A stretch of DNA of 27,837 nt from Myxococcales bacterium (GCA_043747615.1 JAYTOU010000014.1:1-27837); one strand, 5' to 3'. Positions 1 to 8,826 are shown, counted from the first letter of the stretch. Made by a program: numbers and translations. The notes: generated by a model from the sequence alone, not told the origin.

Positions 1-1
1 C

Positions 2-745
2 ACGCGGACGCAGCAGCGGTCGGCGACGCACATGAACATCACCATCAACGTGGATCCGACCGGGTCGGGGAAGCCGCAGACGTCGGAAGTCGAGACGACC
101 GAGACCGAGACGAAGACGGAGCAAATTCTCGCGGTGAACGGCGACGTAGTGACCAAGCTGCAAGTGACCTTCGTCGAGAAGGCGGAGAGGAACAAGCAAG
201 GCAAGGACGTGGTTCCGACGAACAAGCCCAGCCCGCTTTCCGGAAGGACATTCATCCTCGAATCCAAAAACGGACAGCTCGTGGCAAGCGAGCTGCTCGG
301 AACGCCCGTGTCGTCGGCGGACGTTTTGATCCTCGAAAAAAGCTATAAATTACTGGGAAAAACTGATCCCGTGCTGGCCGCGATGCCCGCCCGTGCGCTC
401 AAGGCCGGAGACAAGGTCGACGAGCTCGGGAAGGCTATTCGCGAGCGCATGAACGGAGCGGGCGGAATGAGCGTGACCCACGTCGCGGTGTCGCTCCGCG
501 AGCAGAATGACGAGGAAGGCATCTTCGACGTGACGATGGAGCTCACGAAGGCGGACGGGCCGATCAAGTTCGTGGTCGATCTGAAAGGTGACATGCATGT
601 CCGATTGTCGGACTCGCAGACGACGTCGCTGAACCTCGCCGGCCCCGTAGGCGTGGGCGCGAACGAAGCCGACAAGGGCAAATCGAAAATGCAGGTCGAC
701 GGCAGCGGGAAGATGGAGCTGTCGGCGACGTCGTCTAAACTTTAG
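2..745 (+). CDS. Hypothetical beta-rich protein, probably 5'-truncated by the window edge
   Basis: The frame is open from position 2 through the ATG at 32 to the TAG at 743-745. The sequence is protein-like with alternating beta-strand patterns. No family recognised. Confidence 0.7.
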   Translation, partial: TRTQQRSATHMNITINVDPTGSGKPQTSEVETTETETKTEQILAVNGDVVTKLQVTFVEKAERNKQGKDVVPTNKPSPLSGRTFILESKNGQLVASELLGTPVSSADVLILEKSYKLLGKTDPVLAAMPARALKAGDKVDELGKAIRERMNGAGGMSVTHVAVSLREQNDEEGIFDVTMELTKADGPIKFVVDLKGDMHVRLSDSQTTSLNLAGPVGVGANEADKGKSKMQVDGSGKMELSATSSKL

Positions 746-1655
746 TCAGCCAGTCCGGGTGAGCGGTGTCGCTGCCCTTCACCACGTCGAAGAACCGCGC
801 CTGGAGGCGCTTGGTGATCGGTCCGACGGTGCCGTCTCCGATGGCGCGGTTGTCCACTTCGCGCACCGGAGTGACCTCCGCGGCGGTGCCGGTGAAGAAC
901 GCTTCGTCGGCGAGCCAGAGCTGATCGCGGGTGATGCGCCCTTCGCGAACGGGAATGCCTTCTTCGCCTGCGAGGGTGAGCACCGTGTCGCGCGTGATGC
1001 CCTCGAGGATCGAGCTCGACAGATCCGGAGTGACGAGGACGCCGTTCTTGACGATGAAAATGTTTTCGCCCGAGCCCTCGGAGACGTAGCCGTGTGGGTC
1101 GAGCATGATCGCTTCGTCGTAACCGCCGAACTTTGCCTCGCGCTTGGCGAGAACGCTGTTCGTGTACTGCCCCATCATCTTTGCCTTCGCGAGGCTGACG
1201 TTGATGTGGTGGCGTGCAAACGAGCTTATTTTCGCTCGGATTCCGCTCTGGAGCGCCTCGTCCCCGAGGTATGCGCCCCATTTCCAGGCTGCGACCGTCA
1301 CGCGCACGGGGTTGTTCGGCGCGTAGATGCCCATGGCCCCTTCGCCCATGAAGACCATGGGACGGATGTAGCCCTCGGTCATTCCATTGACGCGCAGCGT
1401 TTCGAGACACGCGTTCGACAACTGCTCCGCAGTGAATTTAGGCGTGCAAAGGATCATCTTGCAGGAGTCCATCAAGCGCGCGATGTGCGCCTTCAGGCGG
1501 AAGACATGGGTCTGGCCGTTCGCCCGTTGGTACGCGCGGATCCCCTCGAACGCGCCGACGCCGTAGTGAAGCGTGTGCGTAAGCACGTGGACGTTGGCGT
1601 CGCTCCAGTTGACGAACTCACCGTCGAGCCAAATTTTCTGCTGTTTGTCGACCAT
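735..1655 (-). CDS. ilvE: Branched-chain amino acid aminotransferase (PLP fold type IV)
   Basis: Motifs LHYGVGAFEGIRAY, YIRP, AKMMGQY (PLP lysine), EGSGENIF, ILEGITRDTV and GTAAEVTPV. Start placed at ATG 1655 (MVDKQQ), which has a GGAG upstream. Confidence 0.95.
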   Translation of the reverse strand: MVDKQQKIWLDGEFVNWSDANVHVLTHTLHYGVGAFEGIRAYQRANGQTHVFRLKAHIARLMDSCKMILCTPKFTAEQLSNACLETLRVNGMTEGYIRPMVFMGEGAMGIYAPNNPVRVTVAAWKWGAYLGDEALQSGIRAKISSFARHHINVSLAKAKMMGQYTNSVLAKREAKFGGYDEAIMLDPHGYVSEGSGENIFIVKNGVLVTPDLSSSILEGITRDTVLTLAGEEGIPVREGRITRDQLWLADEAFFTGTAAEVTPVREVDNRAIGDGTVGPITKRLQARFFDVVKGSDTAHPDWLTKV

Positions 1656-1761
1656 GAGAGGAGCTCCGCGCACGAGGAAAAAGAAGACGGGCGGAATCTA
1701 GTCGCTGCGGAGACCAGTGGCTAGGCCGCCCAGCGCAATATCCCCGCGTTTCCGCAGTGCG

Positions 1762-2499
1762 TCATTGACCCTTGAGCAGCACGTACATCGCCCCCTCGCC
1801 CCCGTCGGCATCCTGCGACGTTGCGAAGGCAGCGACGTGCTCGCTCGGACGGCCCTGCGAGAGCCACGCTGCAATCTCACCACGAAGGACCCCGATGCCG
1901 CCCGCGGAGTGACCCCCTTTTCCGTGGACGACGAGCACGCATCGCTCGCGCTTTGCGTGGCTCTCGCGGAGAAATTCAGTCACCCTTTCCTTCGCTTCTT
2001 CGACGCGCAGCCCGTGCAAATCGAGGCGCGCGTCGATGGGCACGATGCCGCGCCGAAGCCTGCGCAGAGCCTCGGGGGGCAAATCGACACGTCGACCTTC
2101 GGCCCGTCGCCCGTCGTCGCTCATCTCGAAGCCCGAGCCTTCTTGCACCAGGCTTCGGAGGTGCGCATGGACTTCTTCGGCTTCGGCCGCCGCCAGCTCC
2201 CGCGCCGTCTTGGCCAGCACATCAGCGTTCGATGGATCGATCCGCTGAGCGGTGAGCGGAATTCGCGCGCGCGTTCGATCGATGGGAGTGACGCCGCTCA
2301 TCATGCGGTGGAAGGCGAGCGCGTCGTCAGCCGTCGACGACTCTTCGGGCTTCGGAGCTTTCGTGCGCGCGGGCTCGACCTTCGACTGCGCCGGTTTCGA
2401 CGCGGCCGCCCCCTCCTTCGCAGCGAGCTCGTCGCGAAGCTTTTTCAGCGAAGAGAAAGGGGAGTCCTTCGTGGGATCTTTCTTCTTCGCCATGGTCAT
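1762..2499 (-). CDS. Smr/MutS2-family endonuclease (SmrA/SmrB-like stand-alone Smr protein)
   Basis: C-terminal Smr domain: LRRLRRG..IDARLDLHG, VLVVHGKGGHS, DGGEGAMYVLL. ATGA overlap with the upstream gene. Confidence 0.9.
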   Translation of the reverse strand: MTMAKKKDPTKDSPFSSLKKLRDELAAKEGAAASKPAQSKVEPARTKAPKPEESSTADDALAFHRMMSGVTPIDRTRARIPLTAQRIDPSNADVLAKTARELAAAEAEEVHAHLRSLVQEGSGFEMSDDGRRAEGRRVDLPPEALRRLRRGIVPIDARLDLHGLRVEEAKERVTEFLRESHAKRERCVLVVHGKGGHSAGGIGVLRGEIAAWLSQGRPSEHVAAFATSQDADGGEGAMYVLLKGQ

Positions 2500-2735
2500 T
2501 CGCCTCGCTTACGGAGCGCACGAAATGCGATTGCGACACTCTGGATCCCCGTGAGGACGCCGTCCTCGTAGTGCCAGTCTTTGTCGCCGAGCTCCGGGAA
2601 ATCGTGCGGATTTCGCATGTCCTCCAGGGTGAGCCCAGGTTTGAGGCGCCGCGCGAGGTTGAACACTTTTTGCAGCTGCAGCTCCTCCATTTCTTGAAGG
2701 AGCGTCTCGAGATCTTTCCAGGTCGGTTCGGTCAC
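2496..2735 (-). CDS. Small hypothetical protein, 79 aa (..EDMRNPHDFPEL..DWHYEDG..)
   Basis: C-terminal part of track ORF 2496..3086. The GTG at 2735 overlaps the ferredoxin stop (GTGA), and its own stop overlaps the Smr ATG. Helical, protein-like sequence. Confidence 0.75.
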   Translation of the reverse strand: MTEPTWKDLETLLQEMEELQLQKVFNLARRLKPGLTLEDMRNPHDFPELGDKDWHYEDGVLTGIQSVAIAFRALRKRGE

Positions 2736-3016
2736 GTCACCCTCTTTAGGAGCTCTTCGGCCTCTTCGGAAACTACGCCCGCTACGATTTCCTGCTGAGG
2801 ATAGATGGCGACGGTGGCCCCACGCTTGGGACAGATTCCCAAGCAGCGCGTCTCGGTGACCCACACGACGCGGGCATTGCCCCCCGCCAGGACGAGGCGT
2901 TTGAGGGCGTGGAATAGATCCTCGCCTGCTGCCCCGCAGCCCGTCCCGAGGGGCGAGCTCGCGTCCCTGTGATTCGCGCAAACGAAGAGATGAACACGGG
3001 GAAGCGGGATAACCAT
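2732..3016 (-). CDS. Thioredoxin-like [2Fe-2S] ferredoxin
   Basis: HLFVC-x13-C ... TRCLGICP..ATVAIYP matches the four-Cys pattern of thioredoxin-fold 2Fe-2S ferredoxins. Start placed at ATG 3016. Confidence 0.8.
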   Translation of the reverse strand: MVIPLPRVHLFVCANHRDASSPLGTGCGAAGEDLFHALKRLVLAGGNARVVWVTETRCLGICPKRGATVAIYPQQEIVAGVVSEEAEELLKRVT

Positions 3017-3061
3017 ACAGACAGAGACATACACGGTGCCAGATCGACCGGCGACCCAGGT

Positions 3062-3070
3062 TGTGGATAA
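3062..3070 (-). promoter_or_regulatory. Single perfect DnaA-box-like 9-mer (TTATCCACA)
   Basis: The + strand reads TGTGGATAA in the divergent intergenic region. Only one copy seen. Confidence 0.3.
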
Positions 3071-3185
3071 AAGAAGATCCCGCCACCGCTCGCGTGACCG
3101 GCGGTCATCCTGGAAAATTACGGGGAATCGAGCCGGCGCTGCCCTGCGGCCGACGGTTCAGTCGTTGCAAGAGAAAATCTGAACC

Positions 3186-4208
3186 TTGGCCGCATTCTCT
3201 TCTACACGCGAACTCACCCTTGCTGACGACAGGTCCGTATCCCTCGGAGAGACCATCGGGCGTGGCTGCGCGGCCACCGTCTATCGCGGCGTCGTCGAGG
3301 GGGCGTACCGCGTTCGTCGTCCGGTCGCCGTCAAAATCTTGGACGCTCTCACGACCGAAGACCGCGACATGGTGGTGACCGCGCTCTCCCGAGCAGCGCG
3401 TCATGCAGCGTGTGTCGATCATCCGAACGTCGTCGCCACCTACGAGTTCAACGTTCACCGCGAGAGCCAGCCCTTCATCGTGACGGAGCTCGTCGAAGGG
3501 AGACCCCTCGGGGATCTGATGGGAGCCTTCGCCGCAGTCAATCGCCGCATACCCTTGGATCTAGCGCTCTTCATCGCCACCGAAGTCGCCGAAGGGCTCA
3601 GCGGCGCTCGCGATGCCCGAACGATCGCCGGCGGGATTCTCAACATGACGCATTTCGATCTCTCGACGCGTGAAGTGCTCCTGTCTCGCTTCGGCGAGGT
3701 GAAGGTGAGCGATTTTGGCGTGGGGAACGCGGTGCGTCCGGGCTCAGGGGTGCGCACGCTTCGCGCGGTCGCTCGCCGCGTCGTCACCATGGCTCCGGAG
3801 ATCGCGAGCGGACAGAAAGGAGACGCGCGCTCCGACGTCTTCTCTCTTGGCATCATCCTCCGCGAGATGCTCCTCGGCCCGCGCTTCCCGGCGAGCACGC
3901 CCGACGCCAGCGCCCTCGAGCTTGCCCGCGACGGCTTCGTGCAGCTGATGATCCTCGAGCCGAAGCTGCCGGAGCCGCTGGGAGCGATTTTGAAACGCGC
4001 CATCGAGATTGATCCTGCCGACCGCTACCCGCACGCCTCGTCGATGGCCTACGATCTTCATCGCGCGTGCCTCTTGATGGGCGTCGCCGACGGGCGCTTT
4101 TTTCTGCGTCGCGCGATGCAGGAGATGCTCCCTCCCGACGACGACGACGAAGCGACACAGCGAATCGCCATACCCGAGTTCGAGTTCGACAGCCACGGCG
4201 TCACCTAG
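3186..4208 (+). CDS. Hanks-type Ser/Thr protein kinase-like protein, cytoplasmic, with a degenerate catalytic loop (possible pseudokinase)
   Basis: VAVK, HPNVV, DFG, APE and RSDVFSLG motifs are present. The Gly loop is GRGCAA and the catalytic loop is HFDLSTRE. TTG start. Confidence 0.85.
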   Translation: MAAFSSTRELTLADDRSVSLGETIGRGCAATVYRGVVEGAYRVRRPVAVKILDALTTEDRDMVVTALSRAARHAACVDHPNVVATYEFNVHRESQPFIVTELVEGRPLGDLMGAFAAVNRRIPLDLALFIATEVAEGLSGARDARTIAGGILNMTHFDLSTREVLLSRFGEVKVSDFGVGNAVRPGSGVRTLRAVARRVVTMAPEIASGQKGDARSDVFSLGIILREMLLGPRFPASTPDASALELARDGFVQLMILEPKLPEPLGAILKRAIEIDPADRYPHASSMAYDLHRACLLMGVADGRFFLRRAMQEMLPPDDDDEATQRIAIPEFEFDSHGVT

Positions 4209-4761
4209 TGCGGAGAAAGCGCTCCAGCGCAACCACGATGAGCGAATGCGTAATGTGCCCGCCGTCGAGCAACGCGGCGGTGTGGATGCTCGGGACCAGA
4301 ACGAGCTCACACTCTTCGAGCTCGTCGAAAGCCGTCTTGCCCGCGAGGTGTGCGCCTCGGGCGAGGAACGTGTGGCAGCGATTGCCTTGCAGCGCCGGAT
4401 TCGGTTCCACCGTCAGGAGGTGCTCGAAGCTTGAAGCCTCGTACCCCGTTTCTTCACGTAGCTCGCGCTTCGCCGCCTCGAGTGGGCTCTCCCCCGGCTC
4501 GATCATTCCGCCCGGAATCTCCAGGCTGAGCGCGTCCGTGCCGAAGCGGTATTGCCAGATGAGAACGAGCTCGTCTTTTTCGGTGAGGGCGACGACGTTG
4601 CACCAGTCGGGGCAGGAGAAGCAGTAGACGTCCTTCCGCGGCCGCTGATCGGCGTCGACGACGTCGTGACGGAGTACGTCGAACACCCGGTATTTCCCCA
4701 CGACCTCGGTCGAAGCGAGGGACCATTTCTGCATGCGGGGAGAGGGCGGCGCGAAAGACAT
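4201..4761 (-). CDS. Nudix hydrolase (ADP-ribose pyrophosphatase-like)
   Basis: Nudix box GGMIEPGESPLEAAKRELREETGY, preceded by QYRFG..SLEIPG. Alternative start at 4734. Confidence 0.9.
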   Translation of the reverse strand: MSFAPPSPRMQKWSLASTEVVGKYRVFDVLRHDVVDADQRPRKDVYCFSCPDWCNVVALTEKDELVLIWQYRFGTDALSLEIPGGMIEPGESPLEAAKRELREETGYEASSFEHLLTVEPNPALQGNRCHTFLARGAHLAGKTAFDELEECELVLVPSIHTAALLDGGHITHSLIVVALERFLRTR

Positions 4762-4790
4762 AAAAAAGCTATGCTCGCCTCCGGTCGTCG

Positions 4791-5552
4791 ATGGGAAGAA
4801 ATTTATTTCGCTGGATTCAATACCTTCCGCGCGCGGTCATGCGTGCAAAAGAAGACGTCGCGGCCATCTGCCACAACGACCCCGCGGCGCGCTCGGCGGC
4901 GGAGGTCTTGCTCGTCTATCCGGGCCTCCACGCGCTGTGGCTGCATCGCATCGCCCACAAGGTCTGGGCGGAAAAGCACCCCCTCACCGCACGCATCATC
5001 AGCCACGCAAATCGCTTCATCACTGGAATCGAAATTCACCCTGGAGCCAAGATCGGCCGGCGCGTGGTGATCGATCACGGAATGGGAATCGTGATCGGCG
5101 AGACGGCCATCGTCGGCGACGGATGTCTCCTCTACAAAGGCGTCGTTCTCGGCGGAACCACCCAAGTCCAGGCCAAGCGTCACCCCACCCTCGGGCAAAA
5201 CGTGGTCGTCGGATCGAACGCGTGTGTTCTCGGCGACATCGAGCTCGGAGACGGAGTCCGCGTCGGCTCGGGAAGCGTGGTGGTGCGCTCCGTTCCTTCC
5301 GGCGCGACGGTGGTCGGCGTTCCGGCGCGGGTGATCGTCGGCAAGCAGCACCGCTTCGATGCCGCCCTCGATCACGCCAACCTCCCCGACCCTATCAGCG
5401 AAATGATCCGCGCCCTCGCCGCTCAGAACGAACGCATGCGCGATCGGCTAGATACCCTGGAAAACAAGCTCGATTTACCTCACGACTCGAAAGACGACCA
5501 CGTGCATTTGCCTTACGACGGGGACGAGCTCCCGCCCGCAGACGGTGGCTGA
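4791..5552 (+). CDS. cysE: Serine O-acetyltransferase
   Basis: DPAARS, YPGLHALW, TGIEIHPGAKIGRR, IDHGMGIVIGETA, KRHPTLG, VVGVPAR, HANLPDP. Confidence 0.95.
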   Translation: MGRNLFRWIQYLPRAVMRAKEDVAAICHNDPAARSAAEVLLVYPGLHALWLHRIAHKVWAEKHPLTARIISHANRFITGIEIHPGAKIGRRVVIDHGMGIVIGETAIVGDGCLLYKGVVLGGTTQVQAKRHPTLGQNVVVGSNACVLGDIELGDGVRVGSGSVVVRSVPSGATVVGVPARVIVGKQHRFDAALDHANLPDPISEMIRALAAQNERMRDRLDTLENKLDLPHDSKDDHVHLPYDGDELPPADGG

Positions 5553-5554
5553 CG

Positions 5555-6034
5555 GTGGCGAAAGAAAAAATCGCGGATGGCGAGAAGCTGATCGTCAAGA
5601 ACCGCCGCGCCGTCTTCGACTACTTCATTGAGGAGCGCTTCGAGGGAGGGCTCGTCCTCCTCGGCAGCGAGGTCAAGTCGATGCGCGAGGGCAAGGTCGA
5701 CATCGTCGATGCCTTTGCCAGCGTCGAACGTGACGGGCTCTACTTGAAGCAGCTCTACGTCGCTCCGTTCACACAAGCGAAGGCCTTCCCGCACGACGTC
5801 CGGAGGGCCCGCAAAGTACTGCTCCACGCCAAGGAGATCGCCGAGATCGACAAGGGCATCAGCCGCGGCGGCTACACGCTGATTCCGCTCCGCCTCTACT
5901 TCAAGAACGGACGCGTGAAGGTGGAGCTAGGCCTCGCCAAGGGCAAAAAGTTTTACGACAAGCGCCGCGACATCGCAGAAAAGACGGCAAAGCGCGAGGC
6001 CGAGTCGGCGATGGGTCGGAGACGAAAAGAGTGA
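5555..6034 (+). CDS. smpB: SsrA(tmRNA)-binding protein SmpB
   Basis: NRRAVFDY, GLVLLGSEVKSMR, RKVLLH, TLIPLRLYFK, LAKGKKFYDKR. GTG start 2 nt after the cysE stop. Confidence 0.95.
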   Translation: MAKEKIADGEKLIVKNRRAVFDYFIEERFEGGLVLLGSEVKSMREGKVDIVDAFASVERDGLYLKQLYVAPFTQAKAFPHDVRRARKVLLHAKEIAEIDKGISRGGYTLIPLRLYFKNGRVKVELGLAKGKKFYDKRRDIAEKTAKREAESAMGRRRKE

Positions 6035-6339
6035 GCGACGCGCTCCGCGATACCCGGCGGGTGGCGATCACCTGGGAAAAAGGCGGCTCAGCCCGCGTCA
6101 TTCGCATCGATGCGAACGCGATCACCCTCGAGTCGACCACTCCGTCGCCCCCCGGCTCGCGGATCTCCGGCACCCTGCTGGACGAGCCTTCGAGCACCTT
6201 GCGCGTGAAGATCCACGTCTCGAAAAAGCAGGACGACGGAACCTTCCTCCTCGAAGGGCGGCCGATCGATCTCACGCGCGAGCTGCGCGAAAAGTTGGTG
6301 TCTCTCAGCGCCGGACGCGACGAGCCGCAAGGAGCGTAA
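6031..6339 (+). CDS. Hypothetical protein, 102 aa (possibly a PilZ-like small beta-barrel)
   Basis: GTGA overlap with smpB and a beta-strand-rich sequence. The fold guess is tentative. Confidence 0.65.
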   Translation: MSDALRDTRRVAITWEKGGSARVIRIDANAITLESTTPSPPGSRISGTLLDEPSSTLRVKIHVSKKQDDGTFLLEGRPIDLTRELREKLVSLSAGRDEPQGA

Positions 6340-6982
6340 AGAGCAGGAGCAAGGCGATGAGCACGGCCGTGCTCGCCTGCTGCGAGAGCTCCCCGGGAGC
6401 CGCTCCGCCCAGGAGGTTTCGCAGGTTTCCGCGCGGCGTGAGAATGGCGCCTACGCCGCTGCCTCCTCCGAGGATCCAGTCGAAAAGCAGAAAGACCACG
6501 CGCCCGCCGCCGTGCTTGCCGAAAGAGGCGCCAAGACAAAAGAGCGCGACGTACGTGGCGCCGCCGAGCCCGCAAACCCATGCGCTGGTGATGAGGTCGA
6601 ACGCGAGTGGATTCGCAGAGCCCGTGATCAGCACGAGGAGCACCGCGAGGAGCGCACAGATCACCGCGCCGACGACCATCGATGTGACCATGAGGACGAG
6701 GGCCACGCGCCGCTCCGACGTACCAAAGATGGCGAGCGAACGGACCGACGCTTTGAGCCCCTCACCACCAAGCGCATTGGACACAATGGTCAGCACGAGG
6801 AGCGGCAGGACGAGCTCGGCGTACGACCCAATGAGCACCTGATCGGCGGCATGAGACGAACCGCCCTTACGCTCCATCCAGGCGACGAGCACGCCAAGCA
6901 GCGCCCAGCCCACGATCGAAAGCCACGCGTGCGGAACGCGGGTGAGGCGCGCTAGCGGAAGATGGATCATCGCGGCGCTCAC
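6305..6982 (-). CDS. ABC-2-type permease-like membrane protein
   Basis: About 6 hydrophobic segments. ATGA-coupled to the upstream ABC ATPase-like gene. Confidence 0.7.
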   Translation of the reverse strand: MSAAMIHLPLARLTRVPHAWLSIVGWALLGVLVAWMERKGGSSHAADQVLIGSYAELVLPLLVLTIVSNALGGEGLKASVRSLAIFGTSERRVALVLMVTSMVVGAVICALLAVLLVLITGSANPLAFDLITSAWVCGLGGATYVALFCLGASFGKHGGGRVVFLLFDWILGGGSGVGAILTPRGNLRNLLGGAAPGELSQQASTAVLIALLLLFTLLAARRVRR

Positions 6983-7986
6983 GGAACCTCCGGAGGGGCA
7001 GGGGAGGGCGCCGGGAGCGCGGCGGCTCGCTCGAAGGCCGCACGGTACGCACCCGCAACGTCGCCCGCAGTCGCCGCGTGGAGCTCGTCGAGCGGAAGCG
7101 GCTCGGGACGGATCATTTCCACATCGACGCCCGCGCGGCGAATGGCCCGTCCGACGGCGGCGGCGAGGGAGAGGAGCTCGCGTCCAGTCACCAGGATCAT
7201 TCCATCCGACTCGGCGGCGATGCTCGCGATGTCGGCTTCGGAAGAGAGCGAGGCAACGACAGCACGCGCGTCGGCGGGCGTCGCCATGATCCGGATCCGT
7301 GCGCCCCTCGGGCCTTGCAGGGCGACGAGATCGCTGCTCGGCGCGCGCTTCACGAGAGCGCCGCGATCGAAGGTGAGGTGATCTTCCGCGAGCTCCGCAG
7401 CTTCACGCGTGGACGCCGTGGCCACGACCACGCACGCTCCGGCCCGAGCTCGCTCACGCAAGATGCTTGGAAATGCGGCCGCTGCGCGAGCGTCCATCTT
7501 GGCGAACGGTTCCTCGAGGAGAAGGACGCGTACCCTGGTGGAGGTGAGCGCTTCGCAAAAAGCGACGGCGCGCGCCTCCTCGCCCGAGAGCGTTTTTGCG
7601 CGTCGTCGAGCAAGCGGGGCGAGGCCAAGGACCGCCAAGCGAGGCGCCTGATCGCGTTCCGGCTCGCCGCGGATGGCATCGGCCGCGCGCAAGGTCTCTT
7701 CGACCGTCCATGGATCGGGGAGCTTCAGATCGAGCGGCACGTAACCGATTTGCTTACGCACAGCCTCGCTCGCCAAGTCACCGCCGAGGATCTCTACGCG
7801 ACCGGAGCGCAGCGGATGCATGCCCGCGAGGGCGCCGAGAAGAAGCCCGACGCCGTCGGCTTGCGTGCCGAGGAGCGCATGAACACCCGCTCCGAGCTCG
7901 ACGGTGAGTGGCGCGACCGTCAGGGGAGCCGCGCGCGCACTCACGTTGTGGAGCTTGATTTCCGCCAGGCCCGCGCCGCCACTCAT
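6979..7986 (-). CDS. ABC ATP-binding-domain protein with degenerate catalytic motifs
   Basis: ABC architecture (SGRVEILG, IGYVP, TVEETL, LSGEE signature, LLLEEPF). Walker A reads GTQADGVG and the H-loop reads VATAS. ATG 7986 overlaps the upstream stop. Confidence 0.8.
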   Translation of the reverse strand: MSGGAGLAEIKLHNVSARAAPLTVAPLTVELGAGVHALLGTQADGVGLLLGALAGMHPLRSGRVEILGGDLASEAVRKQIGYVPLDLKLPDPWTVEETLRAADAIRGEPERDQAPRLAVLGLAPLARRRAKTLSGEEARAVAFCEALTSTRVRVLLLEEPFAKMDARAAAAFPSILRERARAGACVVVATASTREAAELAEDHLTFDRGALVKRAPSSDLVALQGPRGARIRIMATPADARAVVASLSSEADIASIAAESDGMILVTGRELLSLAAAVGRAIRRAGVDVEMIRPEPLPLDELHAATAGDVAGAYRAAFERAAALPAPSPAPPEVP

Positions 7987-8786
7987 TGCGGCCTCAGCGC
8001 GGTTTCGCTCTCGACGCGTGCGAGCTGATGATGCACGAAAATAAGGGCAAACGCGCACACGACGGCAAGAACGGCGAACGCGCGCGCGAAGGCGGCGGCG
8101 TCGAATCCCGATGGCATCAGCGAGCTGCGTAGCGTCGAGAGAGCCGAAGGAATGGAGAGCACTCGGCCCCACGCGGGCGGAAGGATCGCGCCCGTCCATC
8201 CAGCGACGAGCTCGGGGAGGACCAGGATGCCGACGAGCCACGCGTAGCCCCCCGCGCGCGAGCGTGCACCGAGAGCCGCCATGGCGATGGGCGCAAGCGT
8301 CGCCGAAAACGCGAGCGCGAAGGCGAGGCCTGCGACGGTTCCCTGCAGCGTCTGGGCAGCGAGGCCGAATTGACGCGCAGCAAGCGTCGCTACGATTCCC
8401 GTGAAGAGCGTGCCCCCGCCGACGAGGACCGCGAGGAGAACCGCCAGACCCCCGACCCGCCCCCAGACGTAGTCATGGACGTCTCCACCACGGGAACGGA
8501 GGAGCGCCCGGATGCCGTCGTCACGATCGCGTCGAAGTGCGTGCGCGGCCGCCGCGAACGCCAGGAGCACGCCCGCCCCCCAGGCCAACAATTCTGCGGT
8601 GAGACCAGGCAAATCCTCGAGCGGCGGGTTGGCCTCGGTCCGCGCCATCACCAGGCCGACGATCGCCGTGCCGAAGCAGGTGAGCGCTCCGATTCCGATC
8701 GCCAGCTTGGCCATCGCACCGCCGCGCCCGAGCGCAACGCCGAGCGCGAGGAGCGCCATTCGACCGCGCGGAGCAGGAGACTTCAT
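7983..8786 (-). CDS. ABC-2-type permease-like membrane protein
   Basis: About 6 hydrophobic segments with an ABC-2-like cytoplasmic loop (RRDRDDGIRALLRSRG..YVWGR). First gene of a coupled three-gene unit. Confidence 0.75.
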   Translation of the reverse strand: MKSPAPRGRMALLALGVALGRGGAMAKLAIGIGALTCFGTAIVGLVMARTEANPPLEDLPGLTAELLAWGAGVLLAFAAAAHALRRDRDDGIRALLRSRGGDVHDYVWGRVGGLAVLLAVLVGGGTLFTGIVATLAARQFGLAAQTLQGTVAGLAFALAFSATLAPIAMAALGARSRAGGYAWLVGILVLPELVAGWTGAILPPAWGRVLSIPSALSTLRSSLMPSGFDAAAFARAFAVLAVVCAFALIFVHHQLARVESETALRPQ

Positions 8787-8799
8787 GGGCGATCCGCTT

Positions 8800-8826
8800 T
8801 TGCCACGGCGGCTGCCTGGCTACAAT
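8800..8826 (+). promoter_or_regulatory. Candidate sigma70-type promoter (TTGCCA-N15-TACAAT)
   Basis: TTGCCA at 8800-8805 and TACAAT at 8821-8826, 10 nt before ATG 8837. The spacer is short (15 nt). Confidence 0.35.

Noticed and set aside
3027..3041. Sigma54-like promoter on the minus strand (TGGCAC-N5-ATGT)
   Set aside because: The -24 element is good, but the -12 element lacks the conserved GC (ATGT instead of TTGC).
5541..5559. Direct repeat GACGGTGGC x2 at the cysE/smpB junction as a possible target-site duplication
   Set aside because: The copies are adjacent, with no element between them. Best explained as chance or local slippage.
4733..6034. 433-aa ORF suggesting an N-terminally extended or fused SmpB
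   Set aside because: The first ~274 codons are an Arg-rich off-frame reading of cysE. SmpB homology starts at GTG 5555.
6034..6339. tmRNA (ssrA) or an integrated island next to smpB
   Set aside because: No tRNA-like ends and no integrase. The space is occupied by coupled CDSs.
7987..8241. N-terminal extensions of track ORFs (6979..8241, 16239..17393, 17183..17743, 20555..21361, 21507..22610, 26015..26887, 2496..3086)
   Set aside because: The extensions overlap neighbouring real genes and read as non-protein-like sequence. Downstream starts with stop/start coupling or signal peptides fit better.
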